Shown here: in pieces, positions 39,411-49,035 of the stretch | How positions within the stretch are numbered: position 1 is the stretch's first letter | Layout of the letters: each line of letters starts with the position of its first letter | Virus record (IMG/VR): IMGVR_UViG_2077657010_000001 | Span: 1-64,000 of that record | Source: a virus | Length of the DNA: 64,000 nt | Reading direction: 5' to 3' (one strand) | Notes under the pieces: model-generated | The model's input: only the letters and a program-made list of their open reading frames with translations | The model's database searches: none | What the model was told of the DNA's origin: nothing | Made by a program: the position numbers and the translations under genes

Positions 39411-41909
39411 ATGAGTTTGACCTTTGAGAGTATTGAACTCATCGACTTTGACCGTATGGCCTTGAATGGTATCCGCCGATTTAAGTTGACATTAGATAAG
39501 ATGATCACCCTTATCCTCGGTCGTAATGGCTGTGGTAAGTCTAGTCTTCTTGAACAGTTAACGTTAATGTGTCCCGATAAAGATGACTATAGTGTAGGCG
39601 GTGGCCGTGTTATCTGGTTTGTCTATAACGGCAGACGGTACCAATCTACTTGCATGCTAAAAGGTAAGTCGTTCAAATGCACCATCAGTGATGATACTGG
39701 TCATGTCTATTGTGATAACGTAAATCCAAAAGTCTATCACCTCACTATTGAAGATATGTTTAACTTCAATCGGATTATCAGTGATATCATCACTGGACGT
39801 TATTCCATCACGTCAATGAATACCACTGAGCGTCGTAAACTCTTCACTGCGATTACTGAGTCCGACCTCACCTATGCGTTGAAGTTTTACAATAAAGCTA
39901 AATCCAAACTTAGAGATTCAATCGGTACAACAAAGTGGCTTAAAAAAGAAATCGGCACATTGAAAACACAAATCATCAATGATGAAGATGAAATGAAAGC
40001 CACCAAGGAACGCATCGAAACCATCAAAGGGGAAATTGTTAAGCTTGATGAGCAGATACAATACATTACCAGTTATATCCCCACGATTAAGCTATCGCCT
40101 GAGAATGCTGAGAAACAGCTTGAATCGCTCAATGACACGATGTTGGGTATAGATATACATTATCCCACATTAGTATCTGGCGTTGAACCTGATGCGATAC
40201 AGAGCGAAATAGCCCGCATTGACGGTAGCCTTTCTCAGATGAGTGAACAGTTGGAAGATTTGGACAGTCGTATACGTACTGCAAAAGAATATGACGCGAC
40301 TGACGTGGACGCATTAAAGCGTGAATTGAATATCGTCAATACCTACCTTGTAGCATGGCCAGAAAAATGTGCTCCGTTTGATAATTTGCTTAATCTAAAC
40401 GAAGATACACTCAAGATGGCCAGTAACCATTATGAGAATCTAACCGGCACGCTATATAATTATATTAATGCCTTGATGCCGTACAATGATATTATCGCAG
40501 ATTGTGGCCAACAGCTTGATGTCAAATTCCAAGAACGTAATAAGGTATTAGCTGAACGTGACCGTATTGGGATGCAATGTAAAATGCTGCGCGAGGAGAT
40601 TGAGCAGTTAAAGTCGGTGCAAGATGTCACGTGTGATAACTGTGGTAATATATTTAAGCCGGGGCACCGTAATGTTACCGTAGAAGATCATACTGAAAAG
40701 CTAAACACATTGATCGGTTATTATGATGATTTGGACAATCAATATAAAACATTGTCTGAAGAAGTATCACGTCTTAATGAAGCCAAGCTATGTAAAGACA
40801 AGGTATTCTCACAAATCCATGAGATGTCTAAGTACCCAGCCTACAATAAACTTCTTGTCCAGCTACATACCGACACTGAAAAGTGGACTGCATTTAACAT
40901 GACAGTCATCTCATCGACTATCAACCAGTTCGGAGATGCACTCGCGTGGGCGATGCGCATCAATGACTATAAAGCGAGGGAAACCAAACTTAAAAATGAT
41001 ATCGAGATTGCGGTTGCGACACAAGTTGAAGATATCGATGCGTTAACTAAAAAGTATAATCAGGCCTCTGACCATTGTAGTGAATTACAACGTAAACGTA
41101 ATTTACTGGTCACTGACATGAATACCTACACACGCTATGCAGATAACCTTAACCGTGTTAATGATATTGGTGAGAGAATACAATCTCTTAGTGAGGAATG
41201 GCAGAAGGGTCATGTTAAGCAAAACTGTGAGGCGATTATCGGTAATCTTACCGAGCAGCGTGACTCATGGTGGACGGTGTTAGCTGAGGCCAATAAACGT
41301 TTCAATGAGATGGATGGCCAACGCAAGAAGTTGTCCATGATGGAACAGCAGTTGGAAGATTCTACTGCTTCAGTTGAGCGTTTGACTAAAATCGTTAAGG
41401 CGATGTCACCTGACGAGGGTTTGCTCTCTAAATACCTTTACCAATCCATTCGTCGCATTGTCTCACTCATGTCTGAGTTTATCTCACACATTTGGGGATA
41501 TGAGATGAAAGTATTGCCTTGTGATATCGAGGATGGTGAATTGGATTATAAATTCCCCTACGTGATACCCAGCAGCGGTGTAGAGCGTAAGGATATTGCA
41601 AAATCCTCTTCTGCACAATTAGGGGTGTTTGACTTTGTATTCATTCTTGCTACTTACCGCGTAATGGGTTTAAAAGGTTATCCATTGAAAGCGGATGAGA
41701 CATTGTCTGCATTTGATGATGGTCACCGTGACAGTGCTATCAATTTTATTAAGACGATTGTAGCCCGAGGCGATCATAGTCAAAGTCTTATGGTTTCTCA
41801 TGATGCAGATACCCACTTTAAACTCACTAATGCAGATAACGTTGTGATTGACCCAGAAGGTATTGTACTACCACCGGAGTATAATGTAAATGTTGAAATC
41901 GACTACTAG
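39411..41909 (+). CDS. sbcC: SbcC/Rad50-like SMC ATPase
   Basis: Walker A GRNGCGKSS, long coiled coils, CDNC zinc hook, Walker B-like LKADET, VSHD H-loop. Confidence 0.9.
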   Translation: MSLTFESIELIDFDRMALNGIRRFKLTLDKMITLILGRNGCGKSSLLEQLTLMCPDKDDYSVGGGRVIWFVYNGRRYQSTCMLKGKSFKCTISDDTGHVYCDNVNPKVYHLTIEDMFNFNRIISDIITGRYSITSMNTTERRKLFTAITESDLTYALKFYNKAKSKLRDSIGTTKWLKKEIGTLKTQIINDEDEMKATKERIETIKGEIVKLDEQIQYITSYIPTIKLSPENAEKQLESLNDTMLGIDIHYPTLVSGVEPDAIQSEIARIDGSLSQMSEQLEDLDSRIRTAKEYDATDVDALKRELNIVNTYLVAWPEKCAPFDNLLNLNEDTLKMASNHYENLTGTLYNYINALMPYNDIIADCGQQLDVKFQERNKVLAERDRIGMQCKMLREEIEQLKSVQDVTCDNCGNIFKPGHRNVTVEDHTEKLNTLIGYYDDLDNQYKTLSEEVSRLNEAKLCKDKVFSQIHEMSKYPAYNKLLVQLHTDTEKWTAFNMTVISSTINQFGDALAWAMRINDYKARETKLKNDIEIAVATQVEDIDALTKKYNQASDHCSELQRKRNLLVTDMNTYTRYADNLNRVNDIGERIQSLSEEWQKGHVKQNCEAIIGNLTEQRDSWWTVLAEANKRFNEMDGQRKKLSMMEQQLEDSTASVERLTKIVKAMSPDEGLLSKYLYQSIRRIVSLMSEFISHIWGYEMKVLPCDIEDGELDYKFPYVIPSSGVERKDIAKSSSAQLGVFDFVFILATYRVMGLKGYPLKADETLSAFDDGHRDSAINFIKTIVARGDHSQSLMVSHDADTHFKLTNADNVVIDPEGIVLPPEYNVNVEIDY

Positions 41910-41925
41910 TCAAAGAGGGAATAAC

Positions 41926-42321
41926 ATGATCATCGACCTGACACAAAAAGAGGTCGGTGTGCGAATTGAGGCCTCCTCACATATTGAGGAATCAGCAATA
42001 AAGCGGGAGTTTGAAACGCATATAAATTTTGATGTTTGTAGTGCAATATACTCGGCACTTCCAGATACACTGACACCCAATACACTCTACTTGTATATCA
42101 GGGATGGGAAGTTATGTGTCATCGTAAGTGATGAGGAGGGTTATATTGCCCATATACACGGGTCACGTGGACTACTCCGATTTATGCGTACTCGCTTTAC
42201 AATTTGTACAACGAAAACCGCAGCGGTATATATAAAGGAAAAAACGAAATACTTGCAGAGTATGTTACATTGGTATAACTACGAGGTGTGGGACATTGCT
42301 AACGGTAGCATCACGGGATAA
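41926..42321 (+). CDS. Hypothetical protein
   Basis: ATG after GAGGG. Confidence 0.6.
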   Translation: MIIDLTQKEVGVRIEASSHIEESAIKREFETHINFDVCSAIYSALPDTLTPNTLYLYIRDGKLCVIVSDEEGYIAHIHGSRGLLRFMRTRFTICTTKTAAVYIKEKTKYLQSMLHWYNYEVWDIANGSITG

Positions 42322-42757
42322 CTTATCTGAAAGATGTATCACAAATGCGCCTGAGCAGACTATTATCATTACGACTAACTGTGAGGGCGCTGCTGGTAGA
42401 GGGGTAGTTTTGGCTATGAGGAGTAAGTACCCTTCTGTTTATAAGAAGTATAAACGTTTATGTAAGGAGGGTATTTATCATCCCAACATGTTAGTTACTG
42501 CCGATATTGGTAACGGTAAACAATTATTACTCTTCCCCACGAAAGTCCAATGGCGTAAGCCTTCTTATGTGGAAATGGTTTGTGACAACTTATACATACT
42601 TTTAGATAATATTGATGTCCTTAACATTGAGAGTATTGCTACGCCTAGCATGGGGATGGAGAATGGGTGGTTAAAAGGAGAGGATAAAATGCGGGTCAAT
42701 GATACCATGACACGTGTGTTTGAAGAAGCCCATATACCGGTTACATGGTACCGCTAA
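42296..42757 (+). CDS. Macrodomain protein, DarG/Poa1p-like ADP-ribosylhydrolase
   Basis: TNCEGAAGRGV, KYP..Y..Y...C, FPTK..WR..S, SIA.P.MG..NG motifs; TTG start after GAGG. Confidence 0.85.
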   Translation: MLTVASRDNLSERCITNAPEQTIIITTNCEGAAGRGVVLAMRSKYPSVYKKYKRLCKEGIYHPNMLVTADIGNGKQLLLFPTKVQWRKPSYVEMVCDNLYILLDNIDVLNIESIATPSMGMENGWLKGEDKMRVNDTMTRVFEEAHIPVTWYR

Positions 42758-42768
42758 CCAATCACCAT

Positions 42769-42790
42769 TCAGGCATATATCATGAATGTG
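42769..42790 (+). promoter_or_regulatory. Putative phage early promoter, copy 5
   Basis: TCAGGCATATATCATGAATGTG. Confidence 0.7.
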
Positions 42791-42823
42791 GTATTAGGTA
42801 ATGTATCTTTTAAGGATGTTATT

Positions 42824-43108
42824 ATGGAGTATTATCAAGAAGCGATTCGTCTTATCGAGAATGCGAGTATGTATGAGACCAAGCGTCAAAACAATATACC
42901 GTATAAGAAAATCCATGTGAAGATTGTTCAGATGACGGCCGTCGGTATTAAAAAGGTGGCAGGTCTGGATGTGACTGATAAGGAGACCCTTTATCAGCTC
43001 AATGAAGCGTTAGATTCACAAGGATGGAATATCTTAAAATCGGATGGTAAGTATTGTCTTATTAGCCATGACCGAATCAAACACTGGCCAATGATCGGCA
43101 AGCAATAA
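42824..43108 (+). CDS. Hypothetical protein
   Basis: ATG after TAAGGA. Confidence 0.65.
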   Translation: MEYYQEAIRLIENASMYETKRQNNIPYKKIHVKIVQMTAVGIKKVAGLDVTDKETLYQLNEALDSQGWNILKSDGKYCLISHDRIKHWPMIGKQ

Positions 43109-43128
43109 AGTTTTAAACGGAGTATAAA

Positions 43129-43977
43129 ATGAAAAACAATATGTTTAATGTAGTGATGGCAATTCTTCTGTTTCTTGCAACACTACTTATAACCGCACCA
43201 GAAAGTCACGCTTCAACTGGGTGGGATACGCATTCTGAGTTATTTGCTGAGGTGAGTCAGAAGACGGGTATTGATGTCCGTGAACTCACCGCTGTTGCTT
43301 CACTTGAGTCGTCCTTCAGACCACATGTCAAAGCAAGTACATCCAGTGCAACCGGTTTGTTCCAATTTACTACACGTACCTGGCGTGTCACTTTAAAGAC
43401 ATACGGTCAAAAGTATTTACTTGATCCTAATGTATCAAGAAAAGACCCTTACGCCAATGCATTGATGGGTGCCGAATACATGAAGGAAAACCGTCGTGTA
43501 TTGAAAAAGAAATTAGACAGAGAGCCAAACATCGTTGACGTTTATATGGCCCATCTGATTGCACCACGTCGGGTCGCAGCATTAGAAGACATTAACCCTA
43601 ATGCAAAGCTAGCTTATATCTATCCACGCATCGCAAGCGCTAACAAATCCTTGTTTTACGACGACAACGATTATCCATTATCCGTCTCACAATTTAAAAC
43701 ATTGATTAAGGATAAAGTGTATGATGCATACTTTCAATATGAAGACCATGCATTGGCAGCTGTTGACAGTTACTACCAAAACATTTTAACAGATGCTGCT
43801 TACTCAGATTGTCTGGTACCAGCATGGACAGTGATGGATGTCAAACCTGTAGTGGCTGAATCCATTAAAATGGCCATCAATACCACCCCGATGTTAACTA
43901 CGCCTAATAAGCGTAATTCCCCGAAAGATGACAAAGCTCAACGTATGGTGGTTGCTGACCGCCGTTGGACTGTATAA
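43129..43977 (+). CDS. Lytic transglycosylase (SLT; phiKZ gp144 catalytic-domain-like) with Sec signal peptide
   Basis: LESSF.P......SSATGLFQF..RTW, DPYANALMGAEY, YMAH; N-terminal K, hydrophobic stretch and SHA cleavage site. Confidence 0.9.
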   Translation: MKNNMFNVVMAILLFLATLLITAPESHASTGWDTHSELFAEVSQKTGIDVRELTAVASLESSFRPHVKASTSSATGLFQFTTRTWRVTLKTYGQKYLLDPNVSRKDPYANALMGAEYMKENRRVLKKKLDREPNIVDVYMAHLIAPRRVAALEDINPNAKLAYIYPRIASANKSLFYDDNDYPLSVSQFKTLIKDKVYDAYFQYEDHALAAVDSYYQNILTDAAYSDCLVPAWTVMDVKPVVAESIKMAINTTPMLTTPNKRNSPKDDKAQRMVVADRRWTV

Positions 43978-43991
43978 CTAAAGGAGTTTAG

Positions 43992-44261
43992 ATGAAAAAG
44001 CATAACGTTGTATTTGACATTGAAAAAATCAACGCTGTGAAGTACCCAGTCGCCCGTGTAGATGATAATGTCGTCGCCGCGATTGTCGGCGGGGTAGTGT
44101 ATTTCCTATCCGCGTTCATGACGTATGACAAGAAGGCCCAGGATAAAATCAGTGGCCGTGTCATTGCCAAGTATAAACGCACATATGGCGTATCGGGGCT
44201 TGTCGCATTCGAAGAATGCGAGTTAGGCGAGTTAGTTAACAAACTTGAATGTACTGAATAA
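43992..44261 (+). CDS. Hypothetical protein
   Basis: SD AAGGAG. Confidence 0.7.
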   Translation: MKKHNVVFDIEKINAVKYPVARVDDNVVAAIVGGVVYFLSAFMTYDKKAQDKISGRVIAKYKRTYGVSGLVAFEECELGELVNKLECTE

Positions 44262-44263
44262 TC

Positions 44264-44295
44264 AGAGAGGTGGGCAAATGCCCACCTCTCTTTTA
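44264..44295 (+). terminator. Intrinsic terminator
   Basis: AGAGAGGTGGGCA-AA-TGCCCACCTCTCT plus T; arm related to the 11979 hairpin. Confidence 0.8.
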
Positions 44296-44324
44296 TGTCT
44301 ACCTATTAATCGGAGAATATAATT

Positions 44325-45215
44325 ATGTATTACCCAAAATCATTAGATCATCAACTGCCCACTCAGGTTACGCGCCAAAACCACATTGACAAGCATGCAA
44401 TGCTACGCATCAAAAGAGATGCGACAAACTTATTGTTAGGGGATAGCATCACAGAAAAGTCTGTGCAAGATACATTGCGCCTAATAACGCTGCCAAGTAA
44501 TTCTGCCGATGAGTTATTACCTAGTGATAAAATATGCGGTTACTTGTCGGCACTGCATCGTGAGCTTATATACAATGAGTATACACATGAGCCTGTTGCC
44601 GAGAAAGTAAATCCTAACCAATACAACGGGACGTTCGTCCTTCAAGGTGACGTAGCGCAGTTGATAGACCTTGCTGTGAAGAAAGTCTACGGTTACACTA
44701 AGCTACTTACCGAACCGCCACGTGATTTGATTTCTGCACTTGATCAAATCACTGATATTGTGGTGGAGGATTTAAATGCCGTACTCATCCACAATGAAGC
44801 GATCAGGCGTGTGGTGCTGGATAACGTTCCTATCAAAATGGAATACCTTACAGAGGGTAATTACAATAAGCGCTACACCATTGGCGCACTGGAGCATTTC
44901 AGTTATTGTGCCTACATTGGCGGTAAGATGTATATGGAATATATAGACCCTAACGATTCCAACACACAACCACCCGTAAATTTCAAGGTTCCATTCGCTT
45001 TACCTGAAGTGTACGGTTTGGTTTCACAGTGTGGGAATGACCTATTGAAACTTGCCACTAAATTAGAGTACAGTCAATGCCATCTAAAACCTCTAGTGCC
45101 CTACACGGTAGGTTTTGACAACACTGAAGTCCATAGTAAGTATGACGGTGTCGATGAGCTTAGACATCGCAGACAGTCGTCTAATCGTCGTGGTAATCGT
45201 CGCCGCATGTTTTAA
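44325..45215 (+). CDS. Hypothetical protein with Arg-rich C-terminal tail
   Basis: SD GGAG; ends RHRRQSSNRRGNRRRMF. Confidence 0.75.
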   Translation: MYYPKSLDHQLPTQVTRQNHIDKHAMLRIKRDATNLLLGDSITEKSVQDTLRLITLPSNSADELLPSDKICGYLSALHRELIYNEYTHEPVAEKVNPNQYNGTFVLQGDVAQLIDLAVKKVYGYTKLLTEPPRDLISALDQITDIVVEDLNAVLIHNEAIRRVVLDNVPIKMEYLTEGNYNKRYTIGALEHFSYCAYIGGKMYMEYIDPNDSNTQPPVNFKVPFALPEVYGLVSQCGNDLLKLATKLEYSQCHLKPLVPYTVGFDNTEVHSKYDGVDELRHRRQSSNRRGNRRRMF

Positions 45216-45890
45216 ACAAAAAAAGAGAGGGGGCAATGCCCCCTCTTTATTTTTTGCCTCTAAGGCATCTTTATTATCTTCAAAGACAGATAACAATAAC
45301 TCGTAATCTTCCCTTAACTGCGCATTTTCTTTCTCTAACTGTGTGACTTGTTCAGCCAAAGGTGTGTGACTATTGATTGCCGCACGACGAGAAGCCTCCA
45401 GCTCAACATGCTCCTCATGAGTGAGGGTGCCATCCATAGGCACTGTGGCGAGTTCAACATTCACCATCTCATCGCCAACGCCCGCCGCTTTCTTTACCAT
45501 ACTCGCAACATCTTCGACGATATACTCAATATCCATCGTATTAGGTAATGGCCCCATATCAACGAGTACCAATTTACGTTCATAACGTATACCCGACATA
45601 CCTGGATATGATTCAATATATGTATTAGGGATATACACATACTTATTATCGGAGGATATTAAGGTGACAATTGATGCCCCCTTATCAGTATCCTCTTCGT
45701 ATATCGATGTGCTGATACCTACCGGCTTGTAATACTGTCCGTAGACATCGATGTTCTTTTTTGCAAGCTCATCAATCGTTCGGATGGCATGACAGCGGTA
45801 TGTTGTTTTTTCACGTAGCGTATACGGCTGACTGACAATGAAGATGCCTGTCGCATTGACAGGCGGTGTAACTAATCGACGTTCTGACAT
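45093..45890 (-). CDS. Probable conserved jumbo-phage virion protein (3' end uncertain)
   Basis: TPP....G.F....PY and YIPNTYIESYP motifs, C-terminal coiled coil; frame runs through the terminator. Confidence 0.65.
   Translation of the reverse strand: MSERRLVTPPVNATGIFIVSQPYTLREKTTYRCHAIRTIDELAKKNIDVYGQYYKPVGISTSIYEEDTDKGASIVTLISSDNKYVYIPNTYIESYPGMSGIRYERKLVLVDMGPLPNTMDIEYIVEDVASMVKKAAGVGDEMVNVELATVPMDGTLTHEEHVELEASRRAAINSHTPLAEQVTQLEKENAQLREDYELLLSVFEDNKDALEAKNKEGALPPLFFCLKHAATITTTIRRLSAMSKLIDTVILTMDFSVVKTYRVGH
45218..45255. terminator. Bidirectional intrinsic terminator
   Basis: A7, AGAGGGGGC-AAT-GCCCCCTCT, T-tract. Confidence 0.85.
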
Positions 45891-45893
45891 ACC

Positions 45894-47231
45894 TTACACT
45901 CCATCTGAGGGCAATACTGCTTCTTCCATGGACGTGCGTGCCAATACGAGATAGAGTACGTTCTCGTAAGAGAATCCTACAAACATTAGTCCGTCACGTT
46001 CAACACGTGCATATTCAACATCTAAGTATGAATATTCATCCATCTCTTCAGCTGCAATCACGGCACCGTAGAGCATATGTACCCAATCAGTGGTACGCTT
46101 ATCCATGCGGTTAAAGTCCCCGCTCATTGTTGGTGTGACAATGTATTTGGGGAAGTAATCGCTAAGCAAATATTTATTGTCGCGGTTTTCAACGCCCCCT
46201 GCAGTGACGAATGCCAGTGACTTATACTGGATTAACGACGACTGTAAATATTTTTTAACATGCCCACTCTTAGGGTACTTTATGTACTTTTGTGCCTTTT
46301 TTAGCACCTCATCATGTGATAGGATCGGGCTATACATCTGTCCACGTGCAGTTTCATCTGGCACACTACGTTTGTACCACATTGGCACAATAACGAATTC
46401 GGTAGATGTAAAGATGTCTGGGAAGACTGGTATCCAATCTTCGCGAACAAATGCAGAATGTGCGAGTATGTACTCCGCAATCGCTTCTTTGATCGCAAGT
46501 GGGTTCTTACCGGCCACCCCGTAAATGGCGACAGACCAAAACGTTTGTCGATGAGTTTCTTTATCTTCACGGTCATACCACGTGTATTCGTTGGTAACAC
46601 GTTCAGAATAAGGATAACCATTGACTTTGTCTGTGGTCTTCTGGTCATGGTCTGGTAAGTTGAATGCGTCAAGTGCAGGGCCAACATACTGTATGGTTTT
46701 CATGAACGTATCGACTGGCTCTACTGGCGGAATGACAACAATTTCATATTCGTCATATTGCGCCTTAAACGCTTCGTCGGCATACCAGATACGGATTTCG
46801 TTTTCTTCTTCACCGTCATCAAGATTCCACGTTAAAAACGATGGCATCCAGTTACCTCGTGCAGAAACAAGACGACCAATCTCAACATCCCCAATACTAT
46901 CAGAAAACTCGGCAAGGAATAATCGGCGGAACTGCTCTGGATCATCAGACAGTGCTCCTGATACTGAGTTGTTATACACCCATTGTGATATCTTTAGGAT
47001 GTGTGTATAATACTTAGCAGGAACGCTAACAATATCCTCTTCTTTCTTACATGAGAATGTGATTAACTCACAGTTTGGCGCATCGTTAATCGTGAAATAT
47101 CCTTTCTCACGTGAGTAAGAAAGCGACATACTTGAGAGCTCACCTAATGGCGAGACGTTTTCTTTGTTACCATCGCTTGGCATGTTATCTGCCAACGCAT
47201 TGATTTCAATGAAACCTTTTATGTTGTACAT
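45894..47231 (-). CDS. Probable conserved jumbo-phage virion protein
   Basis: MYNIKGF start, SPLGELS, FPDIF..TEF.IVP.W motifs recalled from phiKZ-like structural proteins. Confidence 0.7.
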   Translation of the reverse strand: MYNIKGFIEINALADNMPSDGNKENVSPLGELSSMSLSYSREKGYFTINDAPNCELITFSCKKEEDIVSVPAKYYTHILKISQWVYNNSVSGALSDDPEQFRRLFLAEFSDSIGDVEIGRLVSARGNWMPSFLTWNLDDGEEENEIRIWYADEAFKAQYDEYEIVVIPPVEPVDTFMKTIQYVGPALDAFNLPDHDQKTTDKVNGYPYSERVTNEYTWYDREDKETHRQTFWSVAIYGVAGKNPLAIKEAIAEYILAHSAFVREDWIPVFPDIFTSTEFVIVPMWYKRSVPDETARGQMYSPILSHDEVLKKAQKYIKYPKSGHVKKYLQSSLIQYKSLAFVTAGGVENRDNKYLLSDYFPKYIVTPTMSGDFNRMDKRTTDWVHMLYGAVIAAEEMDEYSYLDVEYARVERDGLMFVGFSYENVLYLVLARTSMEEAVLPSDGV

Positions 47232-47298
47232 GTGGGTTCTCCGATTATTACCGTCACATAATAATTATAAATGTTTATTAGCGAAGGAGATTAAACAA

Positions 47299-47712
47299 AT
47301 GGGCTGGGTAAAAATATTGCTACCAATAATCTTAGACTACTTTAAGGAAATACTACTTCCACACAAGGATGCCAAAAAGACAACATTACTTGAACGTGTG
47401 TTGAGTCTTTTGGTCATCATTATGTTCGTGATGTTGTCTATCACAGGTGAACGATTCTTCAGTCTTTATGATCGCATGCAGGTATTGAACCGTGAAGCGG
47501 TTGTCGCCAAGACCAAATATGATGTGGTTCATCGCAAATATTTGGAAATGGTTGAAGAATATAATGGTCTCAGAGCCAAATACCGTTCCCTTCAAGACAA
47601 ACGGTGTGAAGTAGAAGCAACTACATACGATGACGAAGAGGGCGAACATCAATCTAATGACGATGGATTAAAGTCCCTACGTTCAGAAATAATCAACCAC
47701 ATAAACAGTTAG
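47299..47712 (+). CDS. Membrane-anchored coiled-coil protein, putative i-spanin
   Basis: ATG after AAGGAG; TM segment VLSLLVIIMFVMLSI then coiled coil; directly upstream of a lipoprotein gene. Confidence 0.55.
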   Translation: MGWVKILLPIILDYFKEILLPHKDAKKTTLLERVLSLLVIIMFVMLSITGERFFSLYDRMQVLNREAVVAKTKYDVVHRKYLEMVEEYNGLRAKYRSLQDKRCEVEATTYDDEEGEHQSNDDGLKSLRSEIINHINS

Positions 47713-47720
47713 GCTAGCTA

Positions 47721-48239
47721 ATGAAGATTATCACTTCGTTGCTCCTGGCATTGCTTTTGGTAGGGTGCCAACTTCCTGACGCTGTATTTAAGACGCATAA
47801 TCATCGCCTCACTGACGAGGAAGTGGCGCGTATTGTAAATATGGTCAAGGAGGATGGCAATAAGAATGAGGTATTCATGATGGAGTTAAAGGCACCGCCT
47901 GATATTTCCGATTATGAAAACCTGTTGAGCAATGAGCGTGTACTGCGTAAGTATTCTGATCATCTTAATTTATACTTTGAGCAGGTATTCGCTTATACCG
48001 CAACATTCAACCTCTATGCAAAAGAACGTGGGTGGAAGCCTCCTGAGCATCCACCTGTGTGTCGAATTCTTGATATAGATACGTTAGACGAATTACCTCC
48101 ATTTGAGAATGTGGGTGAATCTAAAGACCTTAATTGGCAACTGGCCGATTATATCAAACGTCTTAAAGTGTTCTATGGCCAAGAATCCAATGAACAGGAA
48201 GTAACCAAAATTTTCCAACGTTTTTTATGCGTTTATTAA
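47721..48239 (+). CDS. Lipoprotein, putative o-spanin
   Basis: Signal peptide II with lipobox LVGC; Pro-rich patches. Confidence 0.6.
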   Translation: MKIITSLLLALLLVGCQLPDAVFKTHNHRLTDEEVARIVNMVKEDGNKNEVFMMELKAPPDISDYENLLSNERVLRKYSDHLNLYFEQVFAYTATFNLYAKERGWKPPEHPPVCRILDIDTLDELPPFENVGESKDLNWQLADYIKRLKVFYGQESNEQEVTKIFQRFLCVY

Positions 48240-48331
48240 AGTAAAAAAAATACAGGCGATGTGGCGTTCTCGCCATGTCCCTGTATTTTTATATGCATCT
48301 AGTATCCTTTGAGCAGTAAAAGGAGTACCTC

Positions 48332-49030
48332 ATGTTTGCAACTATAAACCCACCTACCGTCGTCGTTGGGCTGGATGTCGAGACAAAAGCCCTTGTTCCT
48401 AACTCATATATTTTATCCGTTGGACTTGCCGCTTACGACATTAAGACACTACGGTGTGTTGAATTTGCTGAATTCGTTTTCGACCCAAACGACCCAGAGC
48501 AAATTACACGTGCTATCGATAAAAACACCATTGAATGGTGGCACAATCATCAAGATAACAATCCACGTTACCCAACTAAGGCTGTCTTTGAACACACTTG
48601 GGGTGGTACATTGCCATTCTCAACCGGCATGAGTAAATTGGCGTCAATACTTCGACCCTATAGCAAGCGCGATGATGTTGTCATGCCAATGCGTGGCCCT
48701 GACTTTGACATGCCTATTCTCATTAATGCCCTTCAAGAAACAGGCAACCGTAAAGGTGCGCTCTATGCCCGCAATTTAGACTCACACCGTACAGTGGAAA
48801 AGGTCATTGCAAGTTTAGAGTTGCCTGCATTAACTGAAAAAGAAGTTATCGCCAATATTGGTGAGATTAAATTACATACTGCTGGGTTTGATGCTGCTGT
48901 CGAGGCGTACGATACTGCACGAATGTACCATGGCCTGCATCTCATTAAAGAGTTAGGATATGAAAAGACCTACGCTTATTTCGAATCCCTAGCAAGTGGC
49001 GATAGCATTTCATTCCCGAATACAAAATAA
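48332..49030 (+). CDS. DEDDh 3'-5' exonuclease (Rv2179c/ExoVIII-like)
   Basis: LDVET, RGPDFDMPIL, D..T and H.A.FDA motifs. Confidence 0.85.
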   Translation: MFATINPPTVVVGLDVETKALVPNSYILSVGLAAYDIKTLRCVEFAEFVFDPNDPEQITRAIDKNTIEWWHNHQDNNPRYPTKAVFEHTWGGTLPFSTGMSKLASILRPYSKRDDVVMPMRGPDFDMPILINALQETGNRKGALYARNLDSHRTVEKVIASLELPALTEKEVIANIGEIKLHTAGFDAAVEAYDTARMYHGLHLIKELGYEKTYAYFESLASGDSISFPNTK

Positions 49031-49035
49031 ACAGA

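Noticed and set aside
37456-48255. GTAAAAAAA(A)TACAGG present at both 37456 and 48241
   Set aside because: Short and low-complexity, next to hairpins in both places; most simply a terminator-type A/T tract
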